Positions 11,009-20,807 of a stretch of DNA of 64,000 bases are shown piece after piece. Every line of letters begins with the position of its first letter. The first letter of the stretch is position 1. The DNA comes from an uncultured delta proteobacterium (GTDB lineage: Bacteria > Desulfobacterota > BSN033 > UBA1163): NCBI GenBank assembly GCA_963827685.1, contig CAWHBU010000003.1:96001-160000 (forward strand). Direction: 5' to 3'. The notes beneath the pieces are model-generated. The model had not been told where the DNA came from and made no database searches. It was given only the letters and a program-made list of their open reading frames with translations. The position numbers and the translations under genes are program-made.

Positions 11009-11206
11009 ATCTATTTCTCCTCTCTGCCTAAGTCAAAACGATCTCTGTTGGATTAAGTGTAACATAGAAGAAAAGGGAACATCTACACTTTCTAAAAGAC
11101 GCTAAGATTGGCCGGTGAAGGCCCTCGTGAATCTATTACTCAATTGGCATATTGAGTATAGGTTCCGGCCTCTGATCGTTTTTCCCTTAAAAAAAAGCAG
11201 ACCATA

Positions 11207-11422
11207 AGACCCCACGGGCAAAGCCCGTGGTACCTCCATGAAATACCCGCCTACGCCCATGGACGCTGAAACGCTTCGGTGCGCAAGTGCCAGGGCTTCG
11301 GCGGGTTATCCGCCGGTAGCGGAATCCGCCGTAGCATTAACCTAGGGGCACAGGAATGACTAAACCACGGAGTCCGCATTCATCCACGGGCAAAGCCCGT
11401 GGTCTTCTGCGTAGGCGGATAA
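11207..11422. mobile_element. Non-autonomous palindromic element resembling IS200/IS605 ends
   Basis: Two copies of the hairpin ccacgggcaaagcccgtgg (11212, 11384) plus IR ccgcctacgc/gcgtaggcgg; no ORF. Confidence 0.55.
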
Positions 11423-11494
11423 AAGACCGACCCTGGGAGACCTCGACCAAGAGTGTTTTGGTGTGAAGAGGTGGAGGAAGCTATGAACCGTCAA

Positions 11495-12286
11495 TTAACG
11501 GCTGGGGCATACGAACCACGGATAGCGGGTAAATTCCTTGTATCCCATTCTTTTATAGACGGGTTCACCATATATACTCGCCTGCAAAATAACACAGCGA
11601 GCACCGAGCTCGAGGGCAGCGTTTCCAACCGCACGTGTGCAGTGCTCGGCTAAACCCATTCCGCGTGCAGCTTCAACAGTACCTACATAATAGATGCCTG
11701 CAATGCTATGACTCATGAGAGCCAAAGCAGAGGAAGCGGGTTTGTTGTCTTGGTATGCCACAACCGCATAAAGATGGAGGACGAGAAAAGCGCTCGGGTC
11801 ACTAAAGACGCTTCTACCCACATCCTCAGGCAATCCAAGTCTGGTGTAGCTGAGCGCTACCACCTCAGCAAAGTCATTAACCATGGCCTTATTTATAACA
11901 TGCCGCAAGGTCACGCCGTCCGATAAGGGTTTATCTTCAAGCATACCCTTAATGAACATACCAGGAAGGTTTGATATCTGGTAGAGATTAAGCTCTTTAC
12001 ACTTTTCGAATAGATCCTTATCAATATGTGCCCGGACAATGATGGTAAAGGACCGCTTGCGCTCTGCAAAGAATGTCTTTGCCTGAGAAATGAGCCGATC
12101 AGGGGATGATTGTAGTTGTCTGCCAACCCTTATGACGAAGTTAACTGCCGGGAATGTGTCCGCTCCACAAACAAAAAGAATATCCCCTCGCTCAGCCATA
12201 TCGATATTTGGATTCCACCTGGAAATCTCACGATGGGATTCAGCCAAGTTTAGATCACTCAAATGAAGCAGTTCATCTTGGTTCAT
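11495..12286 (-). CDS. GNAT-family N-acetyltransferase
   Basis: GIYYVGT...ARGMGLA (motif A), LQAS..G..VY..MG; probable start MNQDELL. Confidence 0.8.
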   Translation of the reverse strand: MNQDELLHLSDLNLAESHREISRWNPNIDMAERGDILFVCGADTFPAVNFVIRVGRQLQSSPDRLISQAKTFFAERKRSFTIIVRAHIDKDLFEKCKELNLYQISNLPGMFIKGMLEDKPLSDGVTLRHVINKAMVNDFAEVVALSYTRLGLPEDVGRSVFSDPSAFLVLHLYAVVAYQDNKPASSALALMSHSIAGIYYVGTVEAARGMGLAEHCTRAVGNAALELGARCVILQASIYGEPVYKRMGYKEFTRYPWFVCPSR

Positions 12287-12507
12287 CTCGTTTCCCCTTT
12301 GTAAAATTGACCTTCGCATCTTTCAATGACAGGTGGGCAGACCGTAACTTTCTATAGATTTATGCAACTTATTACACACACAGCACGTTCTGTCAAGAAA
12401 GAGACAGTCGGAATGTTCCTTGCTCAAACGCATTTTCGAAAAATGCGAAAGAAGCTTGGCATCGCGCAAAAGGGCTAACCAATCGATTAACTTCAAATGA
12501 ATCCAGC

Positions 12508-12559
12508 CTTGCACATAAAGGTTTATTTCGTCTCAGCAACATAAAAATAAATGTTCGAC
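12508..12559 (+). other. attI-like motif, copy 1
   Basis: cataaaggtttatttc..cagcaacataaaaataaatGTTcgac; related copies at 17465 and 20522, partial at 41247. Confidence 0.4.
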
Positions 12560-12713
12560 ACCTCCCCGAAGTCTCCCCCATTCATCAGACCTGGTGCATC
12601 CTGATAAAACGCTTGCTTGTAGACGGAAATTATGATACGAGAAAGCCATGCAAACCAGACGATTGGCTGAGAACTGAAAGGTGAAGAATTATCTTAGTGC
12701 TTGAGGAGGCAGC

Positions 12714-12929
12714 ATGAAGTCCACTGTTCTAAAAACATTTTTGCTCGGGACTACTTTTGGGATAGGAATAACTATTTTATCTTTGTATACTCAAAAACCA
12801 GGTCGCTTGGCTGCTTCAATAGAAGCAATAGCAGAAAGGGGGCGAGCACGAAGAGCCAAAGAAGAAGAAAGGGAACTGCGGAGAGAAAGGCTGAAAGCAT
12901 TGGGCTTTTTGGACGAGGAAATCGATTAG
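12714..12929 (+). CDS. Small single-TM hypothetical protein with charged tail
   Basis: RBS gaggagg; hydrophobic N-terminus followed by a coiled-coil-like tail. Confidence 0.6.
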   Translation: MKSTVLKTFLLGTTFGIGITILSLYTQKPGRLAASIEAIAERGRARRAKEEERELRRERLKALGFLDEEID

Positions 12930-13044
12930 ATCTTCTAGCCCATGCAAAATGGCATTTGGGATGAAAGACGGCATGAGAGGCAAGAAGAGACACCAAAAGT
13001 TCCTTCCGATTTAAAAAAGTTGTCCTTTATACGATATCCTAATT

Positions 13045-14769
13045 TTACTTCCTTGCTTCTTTCTCTGGTGTTGGAGACGGTTCTCTGCATTCGGACCTGG
13101 TCCACTCCTCGCTGAGTCTTTGCAGGTCCTGCTGCTGCTGCTGAATCGAGAAGTCCGCATATTCAGGGTCGCTTTTCCGATAAGCCTTCTCAATGAAGGC
13201 AATGGATTCGTGGGTGGTGCGAGTCTGTGCGTGGATCATCTCACACTTCTTCAAGCCCCAACGGGCTTCGATGGAGTCCTCCGGATGCGGGGAAGGCCAG
13301 GCTTTTTTCTTCGGCGTCGGAGGTGGTTCTCTGCATTCAGACCTGGTCCACTCCTCGCTGAGCCTTGCCAGGATCTGCTGCTGGTGCCGAATCGAGAAGT
13401 CAGCATAGGCAGCGTCTCTTTTCCGATAAGCCTTCTCAATGAAAGCAATGGATTCGTGGGTGGTGCGAGTCTGTGCGTGGATCATCTCACACTTCTTCAA
13501 GCCCCAACGGGCTTCGATGGAATCCTCCGGATGCGGGGAAAACCAAAGATGGTTCTGATAGATATGATAGAGCGTGACCGAATGGTTCTCTGAGATATCG
13601 ATCGAAACGGCCTCCATCATCCCTTTCGCCATTTCTGGGTCGAGATGGTTCGATTCGATGATCTGCGAAAGATGATCCATCAGTAAGAGGATCATTCCGT
13701 CACGGCCCGTGGTACTGTGAATCTCCCACAATGCCGAGGGTTCTGGACAGCCCCCACGGCGACACCGCTGGTATCCTGCCAGAACAATGGGAACCCTCTC
13801 CCTGAGAAGGCGGGTGATCGTTCCCATCACCTTTTCCATCTTCTCCATAGGGGCATAGTTTGTTGGATCGATCCTCCTGGCCACGGCCTCGACAAAGTCG
13901 GCACCGCTCTCACAGAAGTCAGAGGAATATTGCTCTTCGGAATAAAAGGGGTGCTCTTTGACAGGGAGATATCTCCATTCGCCGTTTTCAGAAACAGGCC
14001 ATCGGAACTTCACAAGACCTGACCAGATTTTGGATTCCGGTCTCGGCGAAAAAAAATATCTCAAACTCAGTTTTTGAACCTTCACTGGAGGCGACGACTC
14101 CCAGGTCTGAAGAGGATGGGCCTGGCTTCCGTCGAGGAAGACATGGCCGATAATCCCGGCATGGGCGTTTGTCTCTAAAAATACCGTTCCGGGTGTGACC
14201 GAATCAGGAGTAATGCGGACAGGATAGGTGTCGAGAGGGAGCGTGCCTGTCCAGGTCTTCGAAAGGAGGTAGAGAAGGGCTGTACGGAAACGGTCGTCTC
14301 TGTGCCACTCCGGGTGGGTTGGAAGATGCTTCCAGTCCGTGGACCAGTGGCCGATCTGTCTGCCATCTAACATGGTAGCGGCAGCGGGAAGATGGGCGAT
14401 CCGGGCATAAATCCAGCGGATGGCATAGACGGCATCCGCACAATCTGTGGGAATCTTATAGCGAATAAAGAAATCCTCTGTAATCGTTTCATCCGCCCAT
14501 TTTTCAAACCGATGCTCTTCTTCAACCGTCCACCGGCGGTCGCCGACTTCCCAGACTTGATCAGGGGATTGAAGCTCCTCGCCCACAGGGCGGGGCTTCC
14601 CGGGCACGAAGTGGCGAGCAGGATGCGAGCAAAGGAAATTTTCATTCATATCGTGCCCCTTGATCCCGTCTACAAGACGGGGGTTCGGGGGCACGTACCG
14701 GCCATCCAGCGTCTGGCTGAAGCACGGAAAGGAAATAAAAACCATCAGAAAGAGAACAAAGAAAGGCAT
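13045..14769 (-). CDS. Secreted hypothetical protein with possible Cys-His dyad and a duplicated C-terminal 82-aa module
   Basis: Signal peptide; DCAD and HAG motifs; 246-nt tandem duplication. Confidence 0.7.
   Translation of the reverse strand: MPFFVLFLMVFISFPCFSQTLDGRYVPPNPRLVDGIKGHDMNENFLCSHPARHFVPGKPRPVGEELQSPDQVWEVGDRRWTVEEEHRFEKWADETITEDFFIRYKIPTDCADAVYAIRWIYARIAHLPAAATMLDGRQIGHWSTDWKHLPTHPEWHRDDRFRTALLYLLSKTWTGTLPLDTYPVRITPDSVTPGTVFLETNAHAGIIGHVFLDGSQAHPLQTWESSPPVKVQKLSLRYFFSPRPESKIWSGLVKFRWPVSENGEWRYLPVKEHPFYSEEQYSSDFCESGADFVEAVARRIDPTNYAPMEKMEKVMGTITRLLRERVPIVLAGYQRCRRGGCPEPSALWEIHSTTGRDGMILLLMDHLSQIIESNHLDPEMAKGMMEAVSIDISENHSVTLYHIYQNHLWFSPHPEDSIEARWGLKKCEMIHAQTRTTHESIAFIEKAYRKRDAAYADFSIRHQQQILARLSEEWTRSECREPPPTPKKKAWPSPHPEDSIEARWGLKKCEMIHAQTRTTHESIAFIEKAYRKSDPEYADFSIQQQQQDLQRLSEEWTRSECREPSPTPEKEARK
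13077..13537. repeat. Intragenic tandem duplication, period 246 nt
   Basis: 13081 aligns with 13327 and 13261 with 13507. Confidence 0.9.
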
Positions 14770-14812
14770 CGCTTCATATTAAAAAGAAGGACAGAAGATT
14801 GTGAACCCAAAG

Positions 14813-14957
14813 GTAATCCGTCAGTGACGGGTAATTATTGGTTATAAAGTTATCTTTTTTCCCCGTAGCGTCGGTATTTATTGCCGACGGACTCCGCCCT
14901 CAATCAATGAGGGCGCTACAATTATTATAAAAATCTTTCCCATCACTGACGCATTAC
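14813..14957. repeat. MITE-like element with IR gtaat.cgtcagtga.ggg around a REP
   Basis: gtaatccgtcagtgacggg ... cccatcactgacgcattac. Confidence 0.6.
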
Positions 14958-15033
14958 ACTCAAAGAACGGGCGGTTGGTCTTTTTGTAACTGAATCTGTC
15001 AAAGAAGCTTTCAATCTGGCTTTCCAATGAAAA

Positions 15034-15708
15034 CTATTTCAGACCCTTGAAGGCCGCCACTTCCCCTTTCAACCAGTCGATCCAACCCTTGATTCCCGCA
15101 CCGGTTTTGCAGGACACCTCCAGGATGGTGATGCGGGGATTCAGCACCAGGACCCGTTTCCGCAAGGCCGCCATGTCAAAATCACTGAGGGACAGATAAT
15201 CGATTTTATTGACTAGCAGAAGATCGCATACGGAGAACATCAGGGGGTACTTGAGGGGTTTGTCATCCCCCTCGGGAACGCTCAGGATCATCACGTTTTT
15301 GTGGGCTCCCGTGTCGAATTCGGCGGGACAGACCAGGTTCCCCACGTTTTCGATGATGACCAGATCCAGTTCGTTCACGGCCATAGCATCAATGCCCTGA
15401 GTGACCATGGTTGCGTCGAGATGGCAGAATCCTCCTGTCCTGAGCTGAATGACCGGTATGCCCTGGGCGGCGACCTTTTCCGCATCAACCGTTGACTCAA
15501 TATCCGCTTCGATAACGCCAAGCCGCACCGCACCTTCAAGGCCTTCGACCGTTTGGAGAATAAGGCTGGTCTTGCCCGAACCCGGCGAGGACATCAGATT
15601 CAAAAGCATCGTCTTTGTCTTCCGGAGGCGTTCCCGGACCTCTGCGGCCTGTTTAATGTTGTCGGAAAGGATCTCTTCCTTCACCTCTATGAGCCTGATA
15701 TCCTCCAC
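15034..15708 (-). CDS. hypB: Nickel-incorporation GTPase HypB
   Basis: SSPGSGKT, GFCHLD, ENVGNLVCPA, VPEGDDKPLKYP, NKID. Confidence 0.92.
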   Translation of the reverse strand: MEDIRLIEVKEEILSDNIKQAAEVRERLRKTKTMLLNLMSSPGSGKTSLILQTVEGLEGAVRLGVIEADIESTVDAEKVAAQGIPVIQLRTGGFCHLDATMVTQGIDAMAVNELDLVIIENVGNLVCPAEFDTGAHKNVMILSVPEGDDKPLKYPLMFSVCDLLLVNKIDYLSLSDFDMAALRKRVLVLNPRITILEVSCKTGAGIKGWIDWLKGEVAAFKGLK

Positions 15709-16058
15709 TACTGCACCTCCATCTCCTTGATGGTGTATTCTCTTCCAGAAAGAAGCGTGCCGCCCTTCTCCCCGCAGGCAGGACAGACAAGCTCGCCCAT
15801 TCTTGCCTTCTCCGCTTCATAGGACGTGGAACAGGCATGACACTGTACCACCATGGGCGTCCTTTCAATTTTGAGCTTCGCCCCCTCCGCTACGGTGCCC
15901 TTGCTCAGGTAATCGAAATAACGCTGAATCCAATCGTCTTCGAGATCGCTGAGCTTGCCCACCTGCAGGTGAATGGTCATCACCTTCTGGACGCTGTTCA
16001 TTTCGGCGTGTTTCAGCACAATCTTCAGGATACTCTCCGTGATCGCAAGTTCATGCAT
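15708..16058 (-). CDS. hypA: Nickel metallochaperone HypA
   Basis: MHE start, two CxxC motifs, GRE..I..MEV. Confidence 0.92.
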   Translation of the reverse strand: MHELAITESILKIVLKHAEMNSVQKVMTIHLQVGKLSDLEDDWIQRYFDYLSKGTVAEGAKLKIERTPMVVQCHACSTSYEAEKARMGELVCPACGEKGGTLLSGREYTIKEMEVQ

Positions 16059-16333
16059 ACTGATACTTTTCCACTTCTCCGTCAAAATAATTTGGCTGTC
16101 TTTCTTACCCAGGCATTGATTAGGTTTCAAGGACTCGCCGGTAATTGGTGAGCCTGTTTCGCCGTGCTCTTTTTTGGCATCACTGCCCCTATTTGGGTCA
16201 TCCTATACCATTAAAAGAATATTTTAAAGCTTTAATATGACTTCGTGAAACCTTGCCTCTGTTTGCCCTTGACACAAAGGTCTTTTTTTTTGATACTAAC
16301 GTAAATATAGGTGGAAGGAGGAGGACACAAAAA

Positions 16334-17327
16334 ATGGCGGACATGACACTTTGTCGGCAACTGGCCGAAGCGCTTGGTGCAGGTGAGTCTCCCTTGATTA
16401 AGAAGATTTTTGAGACCCTTGTCAATGACGATGAGGCGAAGGTTTTGCTGGCGGCAGCGCCGCCGGCAACAACGGAGGAGATCAGCCAGAAAACGGGACT
16501 CCATCAGGAAACGATCAAGAGCATGATGGAATCCTTGTTCAAGAGGGGGCTTATATTCAAAACGAAAAAGGGTGAGGAAATGAAGTACTATCGCGTGAAA
16601 ACCGTTCCTCAGATGCACGATGCGACCATCCTTACCCTCGGTATATCGAGGGAGGTGCTGGATCTCTGGAAAGCCTATATGGAAAAGGAATGGCCGGAAT
16701 ATGGCCAGAAAATCATGAATTTCCTTCCCGGTTCCCTCATGCGTGTGATTCCGGTAAACGAAAGCATCGAGCCGGGATCGCGGATACTCGCCTATGAAGA
16801 TGTGATCAAGATCATCGAGAATGCCCGAACCCTGAGTGTCACGAAATGTTCGTGTCGCGTAATTGACGGCGCCTGCGGAAAACCACTGGAAGTCTGCATA
16901 CAGGTGGATCGCGCGGCCGAATACAACCTGGAGAGGGGTACGGGAAGGGCTTTGTCCAAAGGAGAGGCCATTGAAATGCTGAAAATGTGCGAGGAAAAAG
17001 GGCTCGTTCATGTCGCCGACAATCGCCAGGTGGTGGGCCATGTCATCTGTAATTGCTGCAGGGACTGCTGTATGAACTGGCCCATCATGACGGGTCCGAA
17101 AAAATGGGTCGCCCCCAGCCGCTTCGAGGCCGTAGTAGATCCCGATTTGTGTACGGCCTGTGAAACCTGTCTGGAGCGATGCTTCTTCGACGCCATTGCT
17201 GTGAATGACAATCTGGCCGTCGTGAATGCAGAAAAAATGCATGGGATGCGGCGTTTGCACGGTCTCCTGCCCCACGGAGGCGCTGCGGCTCAAAGAGGTC
17301 CGAGCTGCCGATTTCGTCCCGGCTTGA
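16334..17327 (+). CDS. HTH plus 4Fe-4S dicluster protein; +1 frameshift in A6 run at 17232-17237
   Basis: CSCR, ICNCCRDCC, CTACETC..RC; removing one A restores EKCMGCGVCTVSCPTEAL...PA*. Confidence 0.8.
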
Positions 17328-17524
17328 TTCTTTTGAAATTCTCCCAGATGTGTTGTATTGAAAAGGCAGTTAGGTGTGCTTCCAACCTTTTACCAAGCGA
17401 TTCTTTATTATATTTTATGGGCGACATGCGATGTCACTCGAAGTGACCTTTGAAATGTGTCTGGAAATCTACTTTGAGACAGCAATTTAAAATAAATGTT
17501 CAGCAGAACAAAGACGATAGGTAG

Positions 17525-19489
17525 ATGGAAGTTAAAATGAAAAACACAACGAGTAAAGTGGTGGTAGTCTCTCTTGTCGTAGTGGTCGTAGCCGTCACGC
17601 TCTTTTTTCTCTACAAGAGACAAGCTGGGCGTGAGAAGGTATCGCGTTTTAGCAAATATCAGGGCTACTCAGAAGCGGTTTACGACGGCAACCAGCGCCG
17701 TTCTGAATACCTGACGCTATCCAATGGAACCCGATTGGCCTATGACCTTTTTCTCCCGACAAAGAAGGGGGTCTCGGCCGACAAACCATTGCCCGTGCTC
17801 TTCAAGTACACGCCTTATACGCGCGCCTTTACCATTTTTGACAAAGCTGGCAACAACATTATCGCTGGCCTGTTTAACCTCGGTTGGAAAGAAAAAGCCT
17901 ATCTCCAGGTCCGCTACTGGTTTGGCAAGCGGGGAAACCTCATGGACGCGGTCTTCAGAACCAAATATCTCGAAAACATGCTCAAACATGGCTACGCCGT
18001 CATCGTGGTCGAAAGGCCGGGGACTGGAGCATCCTTTGGAGTTATGAATGCGTCGTTCGAGGTGGGCGCCAAAGAGGTTAACGAAATCCTGAACTGGATT
18101 GCGGCCCAAAATTGGTGCGATGGCAACATCGGCATGTACGGCGACTCCTTTCAGGCAATGATCCAGTTTGCGGCGGTAACTACCGGCAATCCACATCTGA
18201 AAGCCATCTTTCCCACTTCAAGTGGTTTTGATCTGTTCAACTCCGTCAGCTACCCAGGCGGAGTCTTTAATAAAACCTTCGCTTCCTTTTTCTCCTGGTC
18301 CACCTCCTTTCTTGAATCAGTGTTGACGCCGGTGGATAGCGACAAGGATGGATCATTACTCGCCCAGGCCCGCAAAGAGCGCAGCGGCTCGACGCTTGCA
18401 AAGCAGTCGGAAGTTTGGTTTAGAAAATTCCCCTTCCGCGACAGTATCACTTCTGGCGGAATTAAAATCTGGGAGGGACCTGCTAATCTCTACCCTCTCC
18501 TTGACCGGATCAATCAATCGGGCATCCCGATCTACATGACGAACGGCTGGTATGACCTGTTCTCGGGCGCGAACGACATGTTCCTCTGGTATGCCAACCT
18601 TACCGTGCCAAAACGTCTGCTCGTCCGTCCCGCGGATCACAGCGAGGTGGAAAAAAAACAATTTGACCTCGACTTTGGTGCCGAAGCGCACCGCTGGTTC
18701 GACTACTGGCTGAAGGGGATCGACAATGGCATTATGAACGAACCGTCCATTTACTACTATGTTATGGGGGCGTCGAAGAAGGACGCCTGGCGGACAAGTA
18801 ATCAGTGGCCACTCGCAAACCAGAAACTGACCCGCTTCTACTTCGGCGAGGGAAAAACTGGCAGCGTCGCCTCAATCAACGACGGTTTCCTGCGCCCAGA
18901 AGCCTCAAGCCACGAGGATGCCGCCGATGCTTATACGGTGGACTATTCGACGACGAGCGGCAAGTACTCACGATGGTATGCTGTCAATTGGCCCCGTAAC
19001 TACCCCAACATGCAGACCAATGACCAAAAAGCTTTAACCTACACTACCCCGCCCCTGGAATCGGATATGGAAGTCACTGGCCATCCTATAGTGCACCTCT
19101 GGTTTGTCACCAATGCCTCAGACCTCGATTTTTTTGTCTACCTCGAAGAGGTGGATGGCAGCCGATCAACCTACCTCACCGAGGGCACCCTGCGGGCGTC
19201 GCACCGCGCTTTGAGCAAGGCCCCTTTCAACAATCTGGGACTGCCCTACCACCGCCATTACAAAAGCGACTTGGCGCCGATTGCAGCAGGCAAGCCGGTT
19301 GAGTTGGTGTTTGACCTTATGCCGACTTCGTACCTGTTCCGCGCAGGCAATCGCATCCGTATCACCGTCACCTGCGCCGATGCCGACAACTTTGAGACGC
19401 CTGCTCTCAACCCGGCGCCGAAGATCCGCCTGCTGCGGAACACCGCTCATGCCTCATTCGTCGAGTTCCCGATCATTCATGGTCGTTAG
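17525..19489 (+). CDS. CocE/NonD-family (peptidase S15) hydrolase, membrane anchored
   Basis: TPY, RPGTGASFG, WCDGNIGMYGDSF nucleophile elbow, GWYD, C-terminal galactose-binding-like domain. Confidence 0.88.
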   Translation: MEVKMKNTTSKVVVVSLVVVVVAVTLFFLYKRQAGREKVSRFSKYQGYSEAVYDGNQRRSEYLTLSNGTRLAYDLFLPTKKGVSADKPLPVLFKYTPYTRAFTIFDKAGNNIIAGLFNLGWKEKAYLQVRYWFGKRGNLMDAVFRTKYLENMLKHGYAVIVVERPGTGASFGVMNASFEVGAKEVNEILNWIAAQNWCDGNIGMYGDSFQAMIQFAAVTTGNPHLKAIFPTSSGFDLFNSVSYPGGVFNKTFASFFSWSTSFLESVLTPVDSDKDGSLLAQARKERSGSTLAKQSEVWFRKFPFRDSITSGGIKIWEGPANLYPLLDRINQSGIPIYMTNGWYDLFSGANDMFLWYANLTVPKRLLVRPADHSEVEKKQFDLDFGAEAHRWFDYWLKGIDNGIMNEPSIYYYVMGASKKDAWRTSNQWPLANQKLTRFYFGEGKTGSVASINDGFLRPEASSHEDAADAYTVDYSTTSGKYSRWYAVNWPRNYPNMQTNDQKALTYTTPPLESDMEVTGHPIVHLWFVTNASDLDFFVYLEEVDGSRSTYLTEGTLRASHRALSKAPFNNLGLPYHRHYKSDLAPIAAGKPVELVFDLMPTSYLFRAGNRIRITVTCADADNFETPALNPAPKIRLLRNTAHASFVEFPIIHGR

Positions 19490-19630
19490 GTAACCCTGCA
19501 TGATGTCAATTTTACGGCAGAGGCAGGGATGCAGGGGACATAGTTAAATTCTTTGAAGAACTTACCCAAACCGGCAAATGACTTAACCATAGCTCATGTC
19601 CAATACATATCTTCTTGGGGAGGAGACAGT

Positions 19631-20407
19631 ATGAAACTCAAAGACCAAACTGCGCTCATTACCGGCTCAAGCCGGGGCATCGGCGAAGCTATCGCCCGCG
19701 CTTTTGCAGCAGAAGGCGCGCGGGTCGCTATCACGGGACGCTCGACGCATGAACTGGAAGCATTGCAAAAGGAGTTTAGCCGCTTGGGCGTGCGATGCGA
19801 GAGCATCGTCGCCGATCTCACACAGAGGGACGCCGTCGAGCGAGTGTGGACGCAAGTAACGCAAGCGTTCGGACACGTTGACATCCTGGTCAACAACGCG
19901 GGCATGGGCAGCGGTCCGAACTTCAACCCCGTCGTAGATTACGACGACGACCTTTGGCAGACGATGCTACACGTCAACCTCACTGTACCCTATCTGTTCT
20001 CGAAGAAGGCGCTACCCTCAATGATCGAGCGCAAATATGGACGCATCATTATGACCGCTTCTGTCAACAGCAAGAAGGGGTTGCTGTACGGCGTGGCGTA
20101 TGCGGCGAGCAAACATGGCCTCTTGGGGCTGATGCGGACGTTGGCGATGGAGACGGCGAAGCAGGGCATCACCGTCAACGCCATTTGCCCCGGGCCTGTA
20201 CGCACACGCATGAATAATTTGCGCGTGGAGTATGACGCGAAGCGTCTCGGCAAATCGGTGGCGGAATATGAGGCGAGCTTGACCGCGATTGGTCGCCGTC
20301 TTGATGCACACGAGATTGCGCCGCTCGTCGTGTATCTCGCCAGCCGCGAAGCTTCCGTCGTCACGGGACAGGCATTCAATATTGATGGCGGGTTATTGAT
20401 GGTATGA
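19631..20407 (+). CDS. Short-chain dehydrogenase/reductase
   Basis: TGSSRGIG, NNAG, YAASK; RBS ggagg. Confidence 0.9.
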   Translation: MKLKDQTALITGSSRGIGEAIARAFAAEGARVAITGRSTHELEALQKEFSRLGVRCESIVADLTQRDAVERVWTQVTQAFGHVDILVNNAGMGSGPNFNPVVDYDDDLWQTMLHVNLTVPYLFSKKALPSMIERKYGRIIMTASVNSKKGLLYGVAYAASKHGLLGLMRTLAMETAKQGITVNAICPGPVRTRMNNLRVEYDAKRLGKSVAEYEASLTAIGRRLDAHEIAPLVVYLASREASVVTGQAFNIDGGLLMV

Positions 20408-20807
20408 CGGCATTTTGTGATATCGCACACAGCACCATTACCGAATCGGGTAAGTGCGATGGCTTCAATATGACAAAAGATAGGAGGTTACAGGAAGGGA
20501 TAAAAAGAAATTGACATCGGGCTTGTGCATAAAGGTTTATTTCAATGTAGCAATATAAAAACAATTCTCCGGTTAAACCAATGGAAGCCATCTCGGTCGA
20601 GATACTTCTTATCTCTGCTATAATTTTTATGCCAGTATCCCTTGCCCTAACCATTCTTTATGGCAAAAGGTTGAGGGAATGGGAATAGGGTCTGGTTGGA
20701 TCTTTTGCGGTCAATGTCCTCTTATATGACATACTTAAAATAGTTTTTCCTATATCATTTGCGACGCTCTATCTGATTCGACAAAGGCATATGAGAATGG
20801 ACATCCG

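Noticed and set aside
11010-11200. Moco/Wco riboswitch upstream of AOR
   Set aside because: No recognisable conserved motif.
16232-17293. Long antisense ORFs (also 52337-53101, 50517-51164, 53971-54645)
   Set aside because: Shadows of well-supported genes on the opposite strand, with no motifs.
8156-17327. Selenocysteine read-through in redox genes
   Set aside because: No in-frame TGA at conserved Cys positions was seen; the apparent truncations are explained by indels.
20522-20552. dif (XerCD) site
   Set aside because: tgcataa resembles the XerC arm, but the spacer and the XerD arm TTATGTTAAAT do not match.
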